From contig NC_135805.1 of assembly GCF_964213995.1 (NCBI RefSeq), positions 83,452,001 to 83,516,000 on the forward strand: 64,000 nucleotides of DNA, written 5' to 3'. The position numbers were made by a program, and so were the translations under genes. Origin of the DNA: Mustelus asterias (Eukaryota). Of the stretch, positions 1-11,785 are shown piece after piece. Positions within the stretch are counted from its first letter, which is position 1, and every line of letters begins with the position of its first letter. The notes under the pieces were generated by a model. It saw only the letters and a program-made list of their open reading frames with translations, had not been told where the DNA came from and ran no database searches.

Positions 1-558
1 AATGGCTGAACCCCGGAAACTTGGCCTGGATCATTTATGCATCCTGGAATTAGGTGGAAGGACGTCTGCTGGCACTAAGACCAAACTAAAAATCTAAACT
101 AAAATCATCTCTCTGATGATTATGGTTTTATATCACCAGTATTCCACTAATTGCTGGTTTGGTTTTTTTTTCCTTTTTTATCAATGAGAAGATGTGCAGT
201 CCCATCATTGTTTTTAATTATTTGAATGTACATTGAGGTGCTGAGGATTAAAACTCTCCATAATGAAGGACAGAACAAAACAACCCACTATAATGGCACA
301 TATGCCCAAGTCCCTGCTCACCATCCACTTATTCAATATCCAAAAAAAACCACACAAGTTAACTCATTTCAATTGTTAAATTATCATGTAACAGACTGCC
401 AGAAATTGGATCCTTATTTGGCACGAAGTCCAATTATTTAGATATTACAACTGAATCAACTTGGGTGTGAAATCTCTGCTCGAGCAGTAATAGGACAACA
501 AACTTGTATTAAAGCAGCTACTTTCTGTGACTCGTGTCATGAACATAGTGCATCTTAT

Positions 559-656
559 AAGCAGGAAATGCTGGATAAACTCATCAGGTCTGGCAGCATC
601 TATGGAGCAAGGAACAGAGCTAATGTTTTGGATCTAAGTGACCCTTCTGCAGAACC
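559..656 (-). mobile_element. Degraded PLE-type terminal repeat fragment (family B)
   Basis: AATGCTGGATAAACTCATCAGGTCTGGCAGCATCT...GACCCTTCTGCAGAAC is the reverse complement of the family B repeat at 1305-1440, 19783 and 41165. Confidence 0.6.
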
Positions 657-668
657 ATGTACCATACA

Positions 669-1098
669 ATGTAAGGAGAGGCTGGATAGACTGGGGACTT
701 TTTTCCCTGGAACATAGGAGGCTTAGGGGTGATCTTATAGAGGTCTATAAAATAATGAGGGGCATAGATGAGATAGATAGTCAACCTCTTTTCCCAAAGG
801 TAAGGGAGTCTAAAACTAGAGGTTTGAGGTGCGAGGGGATAGATACAAAAGGGTCTAGAAGGGCAATTTCTTCACACACAGGGTGGTGAGTGTCTGGAAT
901 GAGCGGCCAGAGGCAGTAGTAGAGGCGGGTATAATTTTGTCTTTTGAGAAGCATTTAGACAGTTACATGGGTAAGATGGGCGTAGAGGGATATGGGCCAA
1001 ATGCAGGCAGTTGGGACTAGCTTAGTGGTAAAAACTGGGTCGCATGGACAAGTTAGGCCGAAAGGCCTGTTTCCATGCTATAATCCTCTATGATTCTA
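669..1098 (+). mobile_element. CR1 LINE 3' fragment
   Basis: ORF 638-889 contains GLFSLEHRRLRGDLIEVYKIMRG, the CR1 ORF2 C-terminal motif; a CR1-type 3' UTR follows. Confidence 0.9.
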
Positions 1099-1280
1099 CA
1101 AAACCAAGTTTGTTTGGCAAAAACAATGGTTTGAGTAGATGATTAACGTGTTGTTTGACATGGTGTAATAATGACAATGGTGGTAGCGAAATGGCGATAA
1201 ATGTGTGCATATGACACAGCTGCAAAACTCACCAAAGATTTGGTTGGTGTTGTAAATGAACAGTAAAGCTTCAAGACAAA

Positions 1281-1443
1281 GACAGAAAATGCTGGAAAAT
1301 CTCAGAGCTCTGACGAACGGTTATCCAGACTCAAAACATTAGCTCTGTTCTCTCTCCACAGCTGTTGACAGACTTGCTGAGACTTTCCAGAATGTTTCTG
1401 TTTTTGTTTCCAATTTCAGCAGCTGCAGTAATTTGCTTTTATC
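1281..1443 (+). mobile_element. PLE family B terminal repeat with short inverted 5' arm and hammerhead-like core
   Basis: AGAGCT-CTGACGA-stem-AAAA(degraded GAAA)-CATT-AGCTCT gives a perfect 6-bp stem I. It is preceded by ACAGAAAATGCTGGAAAATCTCAG, an inverted copy of the downstream part. Confidence 0.6.
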
Positions 1444-1802
1444 AAGTAAAACCCACAAACACTAACAAAGTTACGACATAACCCACCCGCAACACCCCCC
1501 TCCCCGCCCTCCACACCAGCGCATGTCATATATAGTAAGATAAATCAGAAAAAGAAAGCTTATGACAGTCACAAAAAACTTCATATTTTAGAAGGCTTAG
1601 TGGAATATAGAAGGTACAGGGGTGAATTAAAAAGTAAATTAGGAAAGCAAAGAGAGAGATATGAAAAAATATTGGCAAGTAAAATCAAAGAAAATCTGAA
1701 ATATGTTTTACCAGTACATGAAGAGCAAGGGAATAACCAAGGAAAGGGTAGGGTGTATTGGACAAGTACATAGTAATTTGTGCACTGATGCAGAAGATGT
1801 GC

Positions 1803-2337
1803 AGTAAGAAGTCTCACAACACCAGGTTAAAGTCCAACAGGTTTATTTGGCAGCACTATCTTTCGGAGCCTCAAGCTCCTTCATCAGGTGAGTGAGGAGT
1901 TGTGTTCACAAACAGGGCATATACAGACACACACTCAATTTACAAGATAATGGTTGGAATGCGAGTCTTTACACGTAATCGGGTCTTAAAGGTACAGACA
2001 ATGTGAGTGGAGAGAGGGTTAAGCACAGATTAAAGCGATGTATATTGTCTCCAGCCAGGACAGTTAGTGAGATTTTGCAAGCCCAGGCAAGTCGTGGGGG
2101 TTGCAGATAGTGTGACATGAACCCAAGATCCCGGTTGAGGCCGTCCTCATGTGTGCGGAACTTGGCTATTAGTCTCTGCTCAGCGATTCTGCGTTGTCGT
2201 GTCATGAAGGCTGCCTTGGAGAACGCTTACCCGAAGATCAGAGGCTGAATGCACGTGACTGCTGAAGTGTTCCCTGACTGGAAGGGAACACTCCTGTCTG
2301 GTGATTGTCGAGCGGTATTCATTCGTTGTCATAGCGA
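1803..2337 (-). mobile_element. Penelope-like element 3' fragment (family A): GIY-YIG endonuclease C-terminus plus pLTR
   Basis: Minus ORF reads RRIAEQRLIAKFRTHEDGLNRDLGFMSHY. A hammerhead motif CAC-CTGATGA-A-GGAGC-TTGAG-GCTCC-GAAA lies at 1854-1890 (minus). It sits between CR1 pieces. Confidence 0.85.
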
Positions 2338-3230
2338 TATGACGCAATTTGCAGATGACACAGAAATTGGCTGTGTAGCTGACAATGAAGAGGATAGTTG
2401 TTGTCTCCAGAATGATATCAGTGGCTTGGTTGAGTGGGTGGGAAAATGATGAATGGAATTCAATTCAGAGAGGTGCATTTGAGGAAGGCAAACAAAGTTC
2501 AAGAATACACAATAAATGGGAGGATATTGAGAGGGGCAGAGGAAGGGGGAGACCTTGGAGTGCATTTCCACAGATCCCTGAAGATGATGTGACAAATGGA
2601 TAAGATCGTAAAGAAAGCATATGGAATACTTTCCTTTATTGGAGGAGATATTGAATACAGAAGTAGGGATGTAATGATGGAATTGTATAAAACGCTGGGC
2701 AGGCCACAGCAAGAATTGTGTTGCCATATTACAGGAAGGATATCATTGCTCTGCAGAAAGTACAAAGGAGATTTGCAAGAATGTTGCCAGGACATGAAAA
2801 TTGCATCAATGATGAAAGGTTGGATAGGCTGGGGTTGCTTTCCTTGGAACTCAGGAGGCTGAGGGCTGACCTGATTGAGGTGCACAAAGTTATCAGGGGC
2901 CTAAATAGAGTAGACAAGGATGTCCTGTTTCCCTTTGCGGGGTGGTCAATTACCGGGGCACAGATTTAAGGTGATGGGTCGAATGATTAGAGAGGACATG
3001 AGGAAAAACGTCTTCACCCAGAGGGTGGTGGGTGTTTGAAATTCGCTGGGTGGTGGAGGCAAAGACCCTCAACTCATTTAAACGGTACCTGGATCTGCAC
3101 CTGAAGTGCTGTAATTGCAAGGTTACAGACTGGGTGCTGGAAGGTTGGACTAGAACGAGCAGCTTGTTTTTTATGTTTTGGCCAACGCGGACACCAATGG
3201 GCTGAATGGCCTCTTTGTGTTGTAACATTT
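2338..3230 (+). mobile_element. Degenerate CR1 LINE (RT to 3' end); an upstream piece lies at ~1530-1802
   Basis: Motifs QFADDT, KKAYGILSFI...IEYRSRDVMMELYKTL and RLGLLSLELRRLRADLIEV across frameshifted ORFs. Confidence 0.9.
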
Positions 3231-4349
3231 TTAAGTCCCCCACCCCTAAACTTCTCTCCAACAGAACGAGCTGCCTTGGATTTCCTGGAAAATAGTTGAC
3301 ATTTTAAAAATCCTCTCTTTTCCTATTAAAGTGATAGTCTTAGCTGGCGCGCGCTGCCCCCCTCATCATGACTAAACGGATTGATCATTTTAATTATGGG
3401 AATGGGACAATCCAGGTAGTTTGACCAGAGAGCTGATCCAGACACGATAAGTCAAATAGCTTTCCTCTGTGCTATATCATTCTATGAATTGTAAAATTGT
3501 AGATCCAAACTTATCACTTAGGAAAAACGCAACATCGGTGATCGTGGTACATTGATGTTTGCTGTCCCCTAGTGGAATTACATTGCTATACTTTCCCACA
3601 AGCCTCATGCTCAAAACTACCAGTTTTTTCCCCATAGCACAATGATCATGTGTGACCCTTGTCTGTTTAATGTCAGTCGCTCCTCTTGTATGTTGAGTTT
3701 AATATTTATGCAACAAACCATTTTGCTGTTGTTGGGCATTCAGAGAAGGAAGGCACAGCAAACCATTATACACTCAATAGAAACATTTCCCACCAACATT
3801 TCAAAAGAATTTCAAGTGTTTTCGAAATTGTGATTGAGTAAGGAAATTTGATAAAATCTTCACAAAATGCTGTTTCCTTGATTTACATAATTTCACTCCA
3901 ACCTATGGACAGGCATAATTTACAGCCTTGCATCATGTAACACCGCTCTATAATTTCCAGTTTTGTTTCGACTTCTGTTCAATGGTTCCAAAGGTGTTCC
4001 GTTTAAGTGATTTTTTTAATTTATTCATTCATGGGATCTGGACATTGCTGGCTGGGCTGCATTTATTGCCTGAGAGCATTTAAGTGTCAACCATGTTGCT
4101 GTGAATCTGGAGTCACATGTAGGCCAGACCAGGTAAGTATGACAGGTTTCCTTCCCTGAAAAAGGACATTACTGAACCAGATGGGTTTTTATGATGATTA
4201 ACAATGGTCATCATGGGCAGCAGAGTGGCAAGCACTGCTGCCTCAAAGCGCCAGGGACCCGGGATCAATTCCGGCCTCAGGTGACTGCCTTTGTGGAGTT
4301 TTCACATTCCTCCCGTGTCTGCGTGGTTTTCCTCTGGGTGTCTTCCACA

Positions 4350-5338
4350 GATGTGGAGATGCTGGCGTTGGACTGGGGTAAACACAGTAAGAAGTTTAAC
4401 ACCGCCAGGTTGAAGTCCAACAGGTTTATTTGGAAGCAAAGGCCACAAGCTTTCGGAGCCTTAAGCTCCTTCTTCAGGTGAGTTGGAATTCTGTTCACAA
4501 ACAGGGCATTTAAAGACACAAACTCAATTTATAGAATAATGGTTGGAATGCGAATACTTACAGCTAATCAAGTCTTAAAGGTACAAACAATGTGTGTAGA
4601 AAGAGCATTAAGACAGGTTAAAGAGATGTGTATTGTCTCCAGACAGGACAGCCAGTGAGACTCTGCAGGTCCAGGCAAGCTGGGGGGATTACAGATAGTG
4701 TGACATGAACCTAATATCCCGGTTGAGGCCATCCTCATGTGTGCGGAACTTGGCTATCAGTTTCTGCTCAACGGCTCTGCGCCGTCGTGTGTCGTGAAGG
4801 CCGCCTTGGAGAACGCTTACCCGAATATCAGAGGCCGAATGCCCGTGACTGCTGAAGTGTTGGGGAGCACTTCAGCAGTCACGGGCATTCAGCCTCTGAT
4901 ATTCGCGTAAGTGTTCTCCAAGGCGGCCTTCATGACACACGACGGCGCAGAGTCGCTGAGCAGAAACTGATAGCCAAGTTCTGCACACATGAGGACGGCC
5001 TCAACCGGGATATTGGGTTCATGTCACACTACCTGTAATCCCCACAGCTTGCCTGGACCTGCAGAGTCTCACTGGCTGTCCTGTCTGGAGACAATACACA
5101 TCTCTTTAACCTGTCTTAATGCTCTCTCCACACACACTGTTTGTACCTTTAAGACTTGACTAGCTGTAAATATTCGCATTCCAACCATTATTCTGTAAAT
5201 TGAGTTTGTGTCTTTATATGCCCTGTTTGTGAACAGAATTCCCACTCACCTGAAGAAGGAGCTTAAGGCTCCGAAAGCTTGTGGCTTTTGCTACCAAATA
5301 AACCTGTTGGACTTTAACCTGATGTTAAACATCTTACT
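4350..5338. mobile_element. Fold-back Penelope-like insertion (~470-bp inverted arms)
   Basis: Arms meet at 4859/4868. The right arm encodes GEHFSSHGHSASDIRVSVLQ...EQKLIAKFCTHEDGLNRDIGFMSHYL*. TSD GTGTCTTCCACA at 4338-4349 and 5339-5350. Confidence 0.92.
5247..5283 (+). ncRNA. Minimal type-I hammerhead ribozyme motif in PLE pLTR
   Basis: CAC / CTGAAGA / A / GGAGC-TTAAG-GCTCC / GAAA-GC-TT / GTG. Mirror copy at 4444-4480 (minus). Activity is untested. Confidence 0.7.
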
Positions 5339-6194
5339 GTGTCTTCCACAGTCCAAAGATGTGCAGTTTAGGTGGCTTGGCCATGCTAAATTGCCCCTTA
5401 GTTTGGGGGATTAGTGGGGTAAAATCCGTGGGGTTACGGGGATAGGGCCTGGGTGGGATTGTTGGTGCAGCTCGATGGGCAAATGGCCTCCTTCTGTACT
5501 GTAGGGATTCTACGATCATGACAAATTTTTATTGAATTCAAATTTCACGATTTGCCTTGATGGGATTTGAACCCAGTCTCCTGAACATTACCCTGGTCTC
5601 TGGATTATGAGTCCAGTGACATTACCACTATGCCACTGCCTCCCTTGAACATAGAAAATGAATGATAGCAAGCTGTAGACTCTAGATGTATCATAGCTGG
5701 GCGGCTCTGTGACTTAATTTCTACCAATATGTAGTTTTCAGCACTGAGTCATGATGTGAAAACTCTGGTGAAACTTCCCACCCTCAGCTCAGAGCCAGAG
5801 GCCAAGTGTAACACCCCTATATTAGAGATTGCCTGACTCCGCGCAGAAAGTGCTACACTGAATTGAAATGTGCTAATAATCTGTTATGGGAGATCTATCA
5901 CAGATCCCAAATTTTCCATCAGAATATGTAAATGGAAAATGTTACCCGTGTTAGTAGGTACTGCTTAAAACAGTCATTTCTGACTTATGACAACAGAACC
6001 ACCTAACTGGAATTAATTAGCCAGTTGTGAATCAGACTAAGAATGGAGTATAGATTTTCTAGACCCTTGTTAGTTAGAACATCAAGGGCAACTGGCCTCC
6101 TTCTGTACTGTAGGGAATGCCCAAAGTTTTTGGATGTTCTTGGCAAACGAGATCAAGAAGAACATCGACCCCCAAGATTTTCACATGTACCAAG

Positions 6195-6388
6195 AGATTA
6201 GCTCAAGTTGGCTGGAGGGCTGGTTTGTGATGCAGATTGATGCATCGTGAGTTCAATTCCCGTACCGGCTGAGGTTATTCATGAAGGCCCCGCCTTCTCA
6301 ACCTTGCCCCTTGCCTGTGATGTGGTGATGCTCAGGTTAAATCACCACCAGTCAGCCTATGGTCATTTGGGAGCATGGCGACTTTACT
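6195..6388 (+). mobile_element. tRNA-derived SINE, possibly RTE-tailed
   Basis: A-box-like TAGCTCAAGTTGG, B-box-like GAGTTCAATTCCC, 3' end ATGGCGACTTTACT. Confidence 0.55.
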
Positions 6389-7309
6389 AGCCTGTGTTGG
6401 TTGTCTGGTTTAATTGATAAGACATTCATCCAACTTGGGTGCAAAATATGATGCAATTAATAGATTGTGGGTTGAAATCCTGCTGCGATCATTTAGGTTC
6501 CTCCTGTGGCCTAATAGTACAAGTCATGAAACTGGTAAACCACACACCGAGAGTGATATTCTGGAATTCCAGGTTCAAATCACACCACAATAGATGGTTA
6601 AATTTGAATTGGGAAATAAACCTGGGATCTAGCAATACTTGGGCAGTGCATTGATGGGACTTTAGTGTTGGTCTGTGATGTGCTCCATTCACCCTATAGA
6701 GGGGGAAAAACTTGTGTAGTGATTCTGTTGAACTGGGTTTATGGGGGCACTCAAATTGGCAAAAATAGCTGTTTATTGCTTGCTTAACCACAAGTGAAGC
6801 CTTCAGATTGTACACTGAGACTATGGCCAGAATTTTACCACCACGCCTGCGCCGGAATCGGGGAGGGCGTGGCTCACAGAACGGAATTGTCCGTTGGTCT
6901 CGGGCGGGATTTTACGAGCCTCACTTGAATGAGGTCGTAAAATACTGGCCGATAGCTTATGACCCAAAAAGTGATTTAGATTCAAGTTTTCAGACCGATA
7001 AAAGAAATGGTGAGGTGAATGAGGAAGATATTTGTGCTGAATCAGGAGATTAATAATTTGAGGATGTGTAAACCACAGTGTAAAATAATGCACCCATTGA
7101 GGAGCCCTCTCCAAAGGAAGCAAGGGCTGGAGGAAACATAGCACTGATACTCTGAAGCACACTGTCTTGGAACATTCTGCTTGCTGGGAGACTGATGATG
7201 CTAAAAGAAACGCAACTGAAACCAAAAGACTAAGAATTCAAATTTGGGTCAAATATCTCAAAAAAGATAAATAGGACAAATGCCCATTTTTTTCTCATGT
7301 TCTTTTCAG

Positions 7310-7374
7310 GATTTAACAGTAGTTGAGTATAAGCTAATTGAAAGACACTGTCAGTTGCAGAATTTTAAACAGCT
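7310..7374 (+). CDS. Candidate penultimate coding exon of an unidentified host gene
   Basis: Strong acceptor TTTTTTTCTCATGTTCTTTTCAG. Only one frame is open (DLTVVEYKLIERHCQLQNFKQ). Donor CT|GTGAGA is phase 2, compatible with the exon at 8110. Confidence 0.35.
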
Positions 7375-7444
7375 GTGAGAGTGTTGCTTCCATAGATTTA
7401 GTTTTAAACAGGTTAAGGCAAATTATGATTATTTCTGCTTGCGT

Positions 7445-7840
7445 CATCTGTGACTCAGTGGTAACTCGCTTGTCTCTGGGTCATTAGGCTTGTGGGCTTT
7501 AGTCAAGCTTCAGATACCTGGGCACAACATCTAGGCTGGCATTCCAGAGCAGTACTGAGGAAATGCCGTACTGCCAGAGGCGTCATCGTTTAACTGATGC
7601 CCTGTCTGCTATTTCAGGTGGGCATATAAAGATCCCACAGCACTATTCAAAGAAGAGCAGTGGAGACCTAGTCAATATCCCAGCCCCAATGCTCATTACT
7701 GAAGCAGCTTATCTGGTCATGTTTGTAGGTTCTTGCTGTGTGAAAATTGGGAGTTGCATTTCCTACATTACAACAATGGTTACACTGCAAAAATGTACCC
7801 ATTTGTTGTAAAGTGCTTTGGGGCAGTCTAGATACTGTAA
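7445..7840 (+). mobile_element. Old Deu-domain SINE (SacSINE1/AmnSINE1-like)
   Basis: tRNA-like head, then GCAGTACTGAGGAAATGCCGTACTGCCAGAGG...AAAGATCCCACAGCACTATT, then tail TGTAAAGTGCTTTGGG. Confidence 0.65.
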
Positions 7841-8109
7841 TAAAAGTTAATTCGATATTTTTGTTTGAATCAACATAAGCATTTTCAATGTTCAATAATG
7901 TGATTTATGTAAGTGGCTACAGGATGAAATCTAACATCTGAAAGATAATAAATAAAGGGTAATTCATTCTGATGGTTAGAAAATTGTGGACATCTCACAT
8001 TTCTAACATGCAGTGGACAAGGCTCCCTAATGGCATTGTGGATTTGTAAATTGACCTGCATATATGCTCTCTGAATGGAAGTGAACTATGTTCTTTGTTT
8101 TAATTTCAG

Positions 8110-8194
8110 ACTTGCGGAGTCTCGGAGAAGTATACAGTGTAAAAATGTCTCAGTAGATCTTCAGGACTCTCGGGTAGAAGAGGCCCTCCTATGA
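8110..8194 (+). CDS. Candidate terminal coding exon of an unidentified host gene
   Basis: Acceptor TTCTTTGTTTAATTTCAG; phase-2 frame reads LAESRRSIQCKNVSVDLQDSRVEEALL*. A long AT-rich, UTR-like stretch follows, with AATAAA at ~12655, ~13564 and ~13608. Confidence 0.35.
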
Positions 8195-9173
8195 TCCCAG
8201 ACTTGAGCAAAGTGTGCCCATCACCTACAGACTCAGACAAGGAAGTTTTGTCACCACAGCACTTGGTTCAGGCAAAATTGCCTGTCACTCACTCTAACCA
8301 CTGTAACTTTGGCTTGGTTTGGAACATGCCGAGAAGAGAGGACTGGTGGGAAACACGCTGCTTCTGTTTGGCTGATACCTGCTTGAAAATGGACATTTTT
8401 CAGATTATTCATTTTGATGCTTTAACAATAACCAGATATTTTTCAAAGAGTATTTGGATTTGAACCACCATTCTTTTCATGAAACAAATGTTTTTGGTCT
8501 TAGTCTGACAACCATTTCTGCAATTGAATGATTGACGCAAGAGTATCTTTAGATCTAAACCAGCTGGGAAAGGGACAGAGGGTGGGAGCAGTGATTTCAG
8601 ATAGAAATGTAATGTGTTTTATCTCTGGTTTTGGCACATTGCACAGGAGCACACAGGTAGCTGCATTGTAGAGTATTCAAACACTCTTATTGTCACCACT
8701 CAGTGTTTCCAGAGCTGGTAGTGGATAAAATATGGCATTACTTGGCAAACATACTTGAGTACTGTTGTCAGCAGCACAGAATTTCAGATATACTGACTAA
8801 CTTTACTCAAATACAAATTAGATTTCTTTTAGAAATAACATTATGGGATATAGCAGATGAATGACTTGAGACATGACATGTGGTAAGTATAGTGTGTTTG
8901 GGAGGAAGAAGGTGACCCTGAACTAATGGTTCCCAAAGCACTCCAACATTGGATTTTGTTTTCTGTCATTTCTGGACCCATTGTACACTAAGTAACAGAA
9001 ATTGTTTGCTACGATTAGTCAACAACTCCATTTATCATTGTTTCAAGTGACCAGCAGAATGGTTGAAAGGAAATTAAATTGCCTTAGGAGTTGCTAGGAA
9101 AAGAATAAGACGATTCTCATACAAAAAATTATTACGGAAATCTTACCAAAAAAATGGCAACCCATCACACATT

Positions 9174-9533
9174 GGGCTGGATTTTGCAGGCCACCTGCAG
9201 CTGGAACACAGGTGGTGGATCAGTAAATTGGGATGCCATGTGCCAGATGTCAGGTGGGCTACCTGCCTTTGGCCCAATTAAAGCCTTTAAATGGACAATT
9301 AATGCCTCCTGCAATACCAGCAGTGACCACCAGTCATGTAATGCCACAAAACTGCTGGCCTCTGATTGGGCATCAGCTCTATATGGCATGAATCTTGCTG
9401 GAGACTGATAGAAGTTCCCGTCTCAGACTAATTAAAGAGCCGTTGCCCGACAAGCCGGCCAAATGGAGGTGAACGCACCCCTAAAATTTATGCGGGGGTG
9501 CAGGGAGCCCATCCGGAGCATATAATCCAACCC
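9174..9533. mobile_element. Harbinger-type MITE
   Basis: Imperfect TIRs GGGCTGGATTTT...ATAATCCAACCC; no coding capacity. Confidence 0.55.
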
Positions 9534-10184
9534 ACCGGATAATGATTTGTGCAAAGAATTAACTCCACAGGGTTGCAGTGACACCACTGCAAGGGACATT
9601 GCTAGCTATGATAAAATGGTTACTGTTAGTATCATTGACCATTAATCTGCTACCTCCAACCATATTGAAAACTAGATGTTACAACTAATATGTACACAAA
9701 TATGTTCAGGAATCCACTTGTTACATCTTGCCACCGAGTGAGATATATATCATGGTCTGCTGCAAAGGATTTTTTGCCTATAGCTGTACAGGTTAAATTG
9801 CTCATCTACAAGTTTCCAAGTGATTGTATTTGCAGATTACTGATCTACTGGAATGTTTGAAAATTTGTGAAAATAATTTATTTGAGGCGAAAGCATTTTT
9901 AATTCTGTAGACAAAATGAAGTGTTTCCTTGAATTGATTTCTCCACATTGAAAAATGTCGGCAGAAAGGAAATGAATATTCTCAATGCTCATGACTTCAC
10001 ATCAGATGGAGTAGAATCATACATTAGGTAAAGAATGGTCACAGACAATAGTGTTTTGTTTGGGTCTGTTGGGTTGTATCTTTGGGGGAAATGATGTATA
10101 CGTTTTGCTCTACACGGGGTGTTCTCGCTAAAAGTGAATTATTTCAAATATTCTTGTACAAAAGAGGTCAGTTTTGGAGACCGT

Positions 10185-11207
10185 GGGTTGTATTTTAATG
10201 GGGAAATGGGTGACAGGAGTGGTCAGCTCACCCCCTCGAAAGTCAGGTTGCCGACTCCCTCCTGCCAGTCTGCCCTACAACTATAAACATGCTGTGGGCA
10301 GGTTGAATTGGGGAACAGTGGGAATTCCGCCCCTCATTTGGGAGAAGTCTCTCGCTTGGGAGCCGCCAGCCAATCTGATGTGAGTTTTGATACCAGGAGG
10401 GTCTGGAGGCCAGATTCTGTTGGCAGAAGGCATGGAAGGAAGGGGGCTTTGAAAAACAAGGTGCCCCCACCCAAATTGGTGCCCCTTCCCCCCCATTTGT
10501 TCATGTTATGCTGCTTCTAAAAATGTTCTGCCCACTCCTGCTCAACTGCCCACACCAAAAGTGCTATGGTGTGGGCAGCGTATTATTCTGGTCAGTAGGA
10601 TTGTTAACAAGTTTCTCACTGACCCTAATTTTTTTTACATATGGTGGATGGGCTGCTGACTTCGGCACCCACCCACCTAGCATTCTATGGGTGTGAGCTG
10701 AGTACATAGAACATAGAACAGTACAGCACAGAACAGGCCCTTCGGCCCACGATGTTGTGCCGAGCTTTATCTGAAACCAAGATCAAGCTATCCCACTCCC
10801 TATCATCCTGGTGTGCTCCATGTGCCTATCCAATAACCGCTTAAATGTTTCTAAAGTGTCTGACTCCACTATCACTGCAGGAAGTCCATTCCACACCCCA
10901 ACCACTCTCTGCGTAAAGAACCTACCTCTGATATCCGTCCTGTATCTCCCACCACGAACCCTATAGTTATGCCCCCTTGTAATAGCTCCATCCACCCGAG
11001 GAAATAGTCTTTGAACGTTCACTCTATCTATCCCCTTCATCATTTTATACACCTCTATTAAGTCTCCCCTCAGCCTCCTCCGCTCCAGAGAGAACAGCCC
11101 TAGAGTAGGAAGGTGGTGGGCTTGTGATGCAACATGTTTTATGTATCCCCCCCAGCCACTCCCCCACCTGAAAACATGACCAGCAGGGGTGCATACGATC
11201 GGGCCCC
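10185..11207. mobile_element. Degraded Harbinger-type non-autonomous element containing a CR1 insertion
   Basis: GGGTTGTATTTT start and GC-rich body resemble the other MITEs in the window; interrupted at 10705-11101. Confidence 0.4.
10705..11101 (-). mobile_element. CR1 LINE 3' fragment
   Basis: YKMMKGIDRV...TRGHNYRVRGGRYRTDIRGRFFTQRVVGVWNGLP; (CATAGAA)n tail. Confidence 0.92.
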
Positions 11208-11412
11208 ATGTGTTTTAAGTACCTAATGCAACCATATTTTTAAAATTCTGTTTCATATCAAATGTCAAAAAATAGCTCTCAAAGCATAATTTTTAACACA
11301 TTTTTACTGTTTCCCTGTGATACAAGGTGGCATCTAATGCAGTTAGGAAAATAATTGACCATGTATTTTCAATGTCACAGTAACATTTGATTAACATATT
11401 CCTCCTCCTCCT

Positions 11413-11705
11413 CTGGTGGCAGTGGTTAGCACTGCTGCCTCACAGCACCAGGGATCCGGGTTCGTTTCTCGGCTTGGGTCACTGTCTGCGTGGAGTCAGC
11501 ACGCTCTCCCCGTGTCTGCATGAGTTTCTTCCAGGTGCTCTGGTTTCCTCCCACAGTCAGAAAGACATGCTGGTTAGGTGCATTGGCTATGCTAAATTCT
11601 CCCTCAGTGTACCCGAACAGGTGCCCGAGTGTGGTGACTCGGAGATTTTCACAGTAACTTCATTGCAATGTTAATGTAAGCCTATTTGTGACACTAATAA
11701 ATATA
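11413..11705 (+). mobile_element. tRNA SINE with HE1-like head and alternative 3' tail
   Basis: GGCAGTGGTTAGCACTGCTGCCTCACAGC head; tail GTAAGCCTATTTGTGACACTAATAAA; same family as 43960-44246. Confidence 0.8.
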
Positions 11706-11733
11706 CTTAAAGGGTGCCTAAAAGGGCATTGGC

Positions 11734-11785
11734 AACTGTGGACTTCAATTGGATTGGTCAACTGTGGACTTCAATTGGATTGGTC
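11734..11785 (+). repeat. Perfect 26-bp tandem duplication
   Basis: AACTGTGGACTTCAATTGGATTGGTC x2. Confidence 0.9.

Larger units (their letters stand above)
4215..5513 (+). mobile_element. HE1-type tRNA SINE split by a Penelope insertion
   Basis: 4215-4349 plus 5339-5513 reconstitute the SINE seen intact at 51410-51740. Confidence 0.85.
4017..5645 (-). mobile_element. tRNA-derived SINE (same family as 59930-60288) split by nested insertions
   Basis: Pieces 4017-4214 and 5515-5645 match the reverse complement of the full copy at 59930; B-box-like GGGTTCAAATCCC on the minus strand. Confidence 0.75.

Noticed and set aside
11734-11785. CRISPR-like repeat
   Set aside because: Only two adjacent copies with no spacer, in eukaryotic DNA; a simple tandem duplication.
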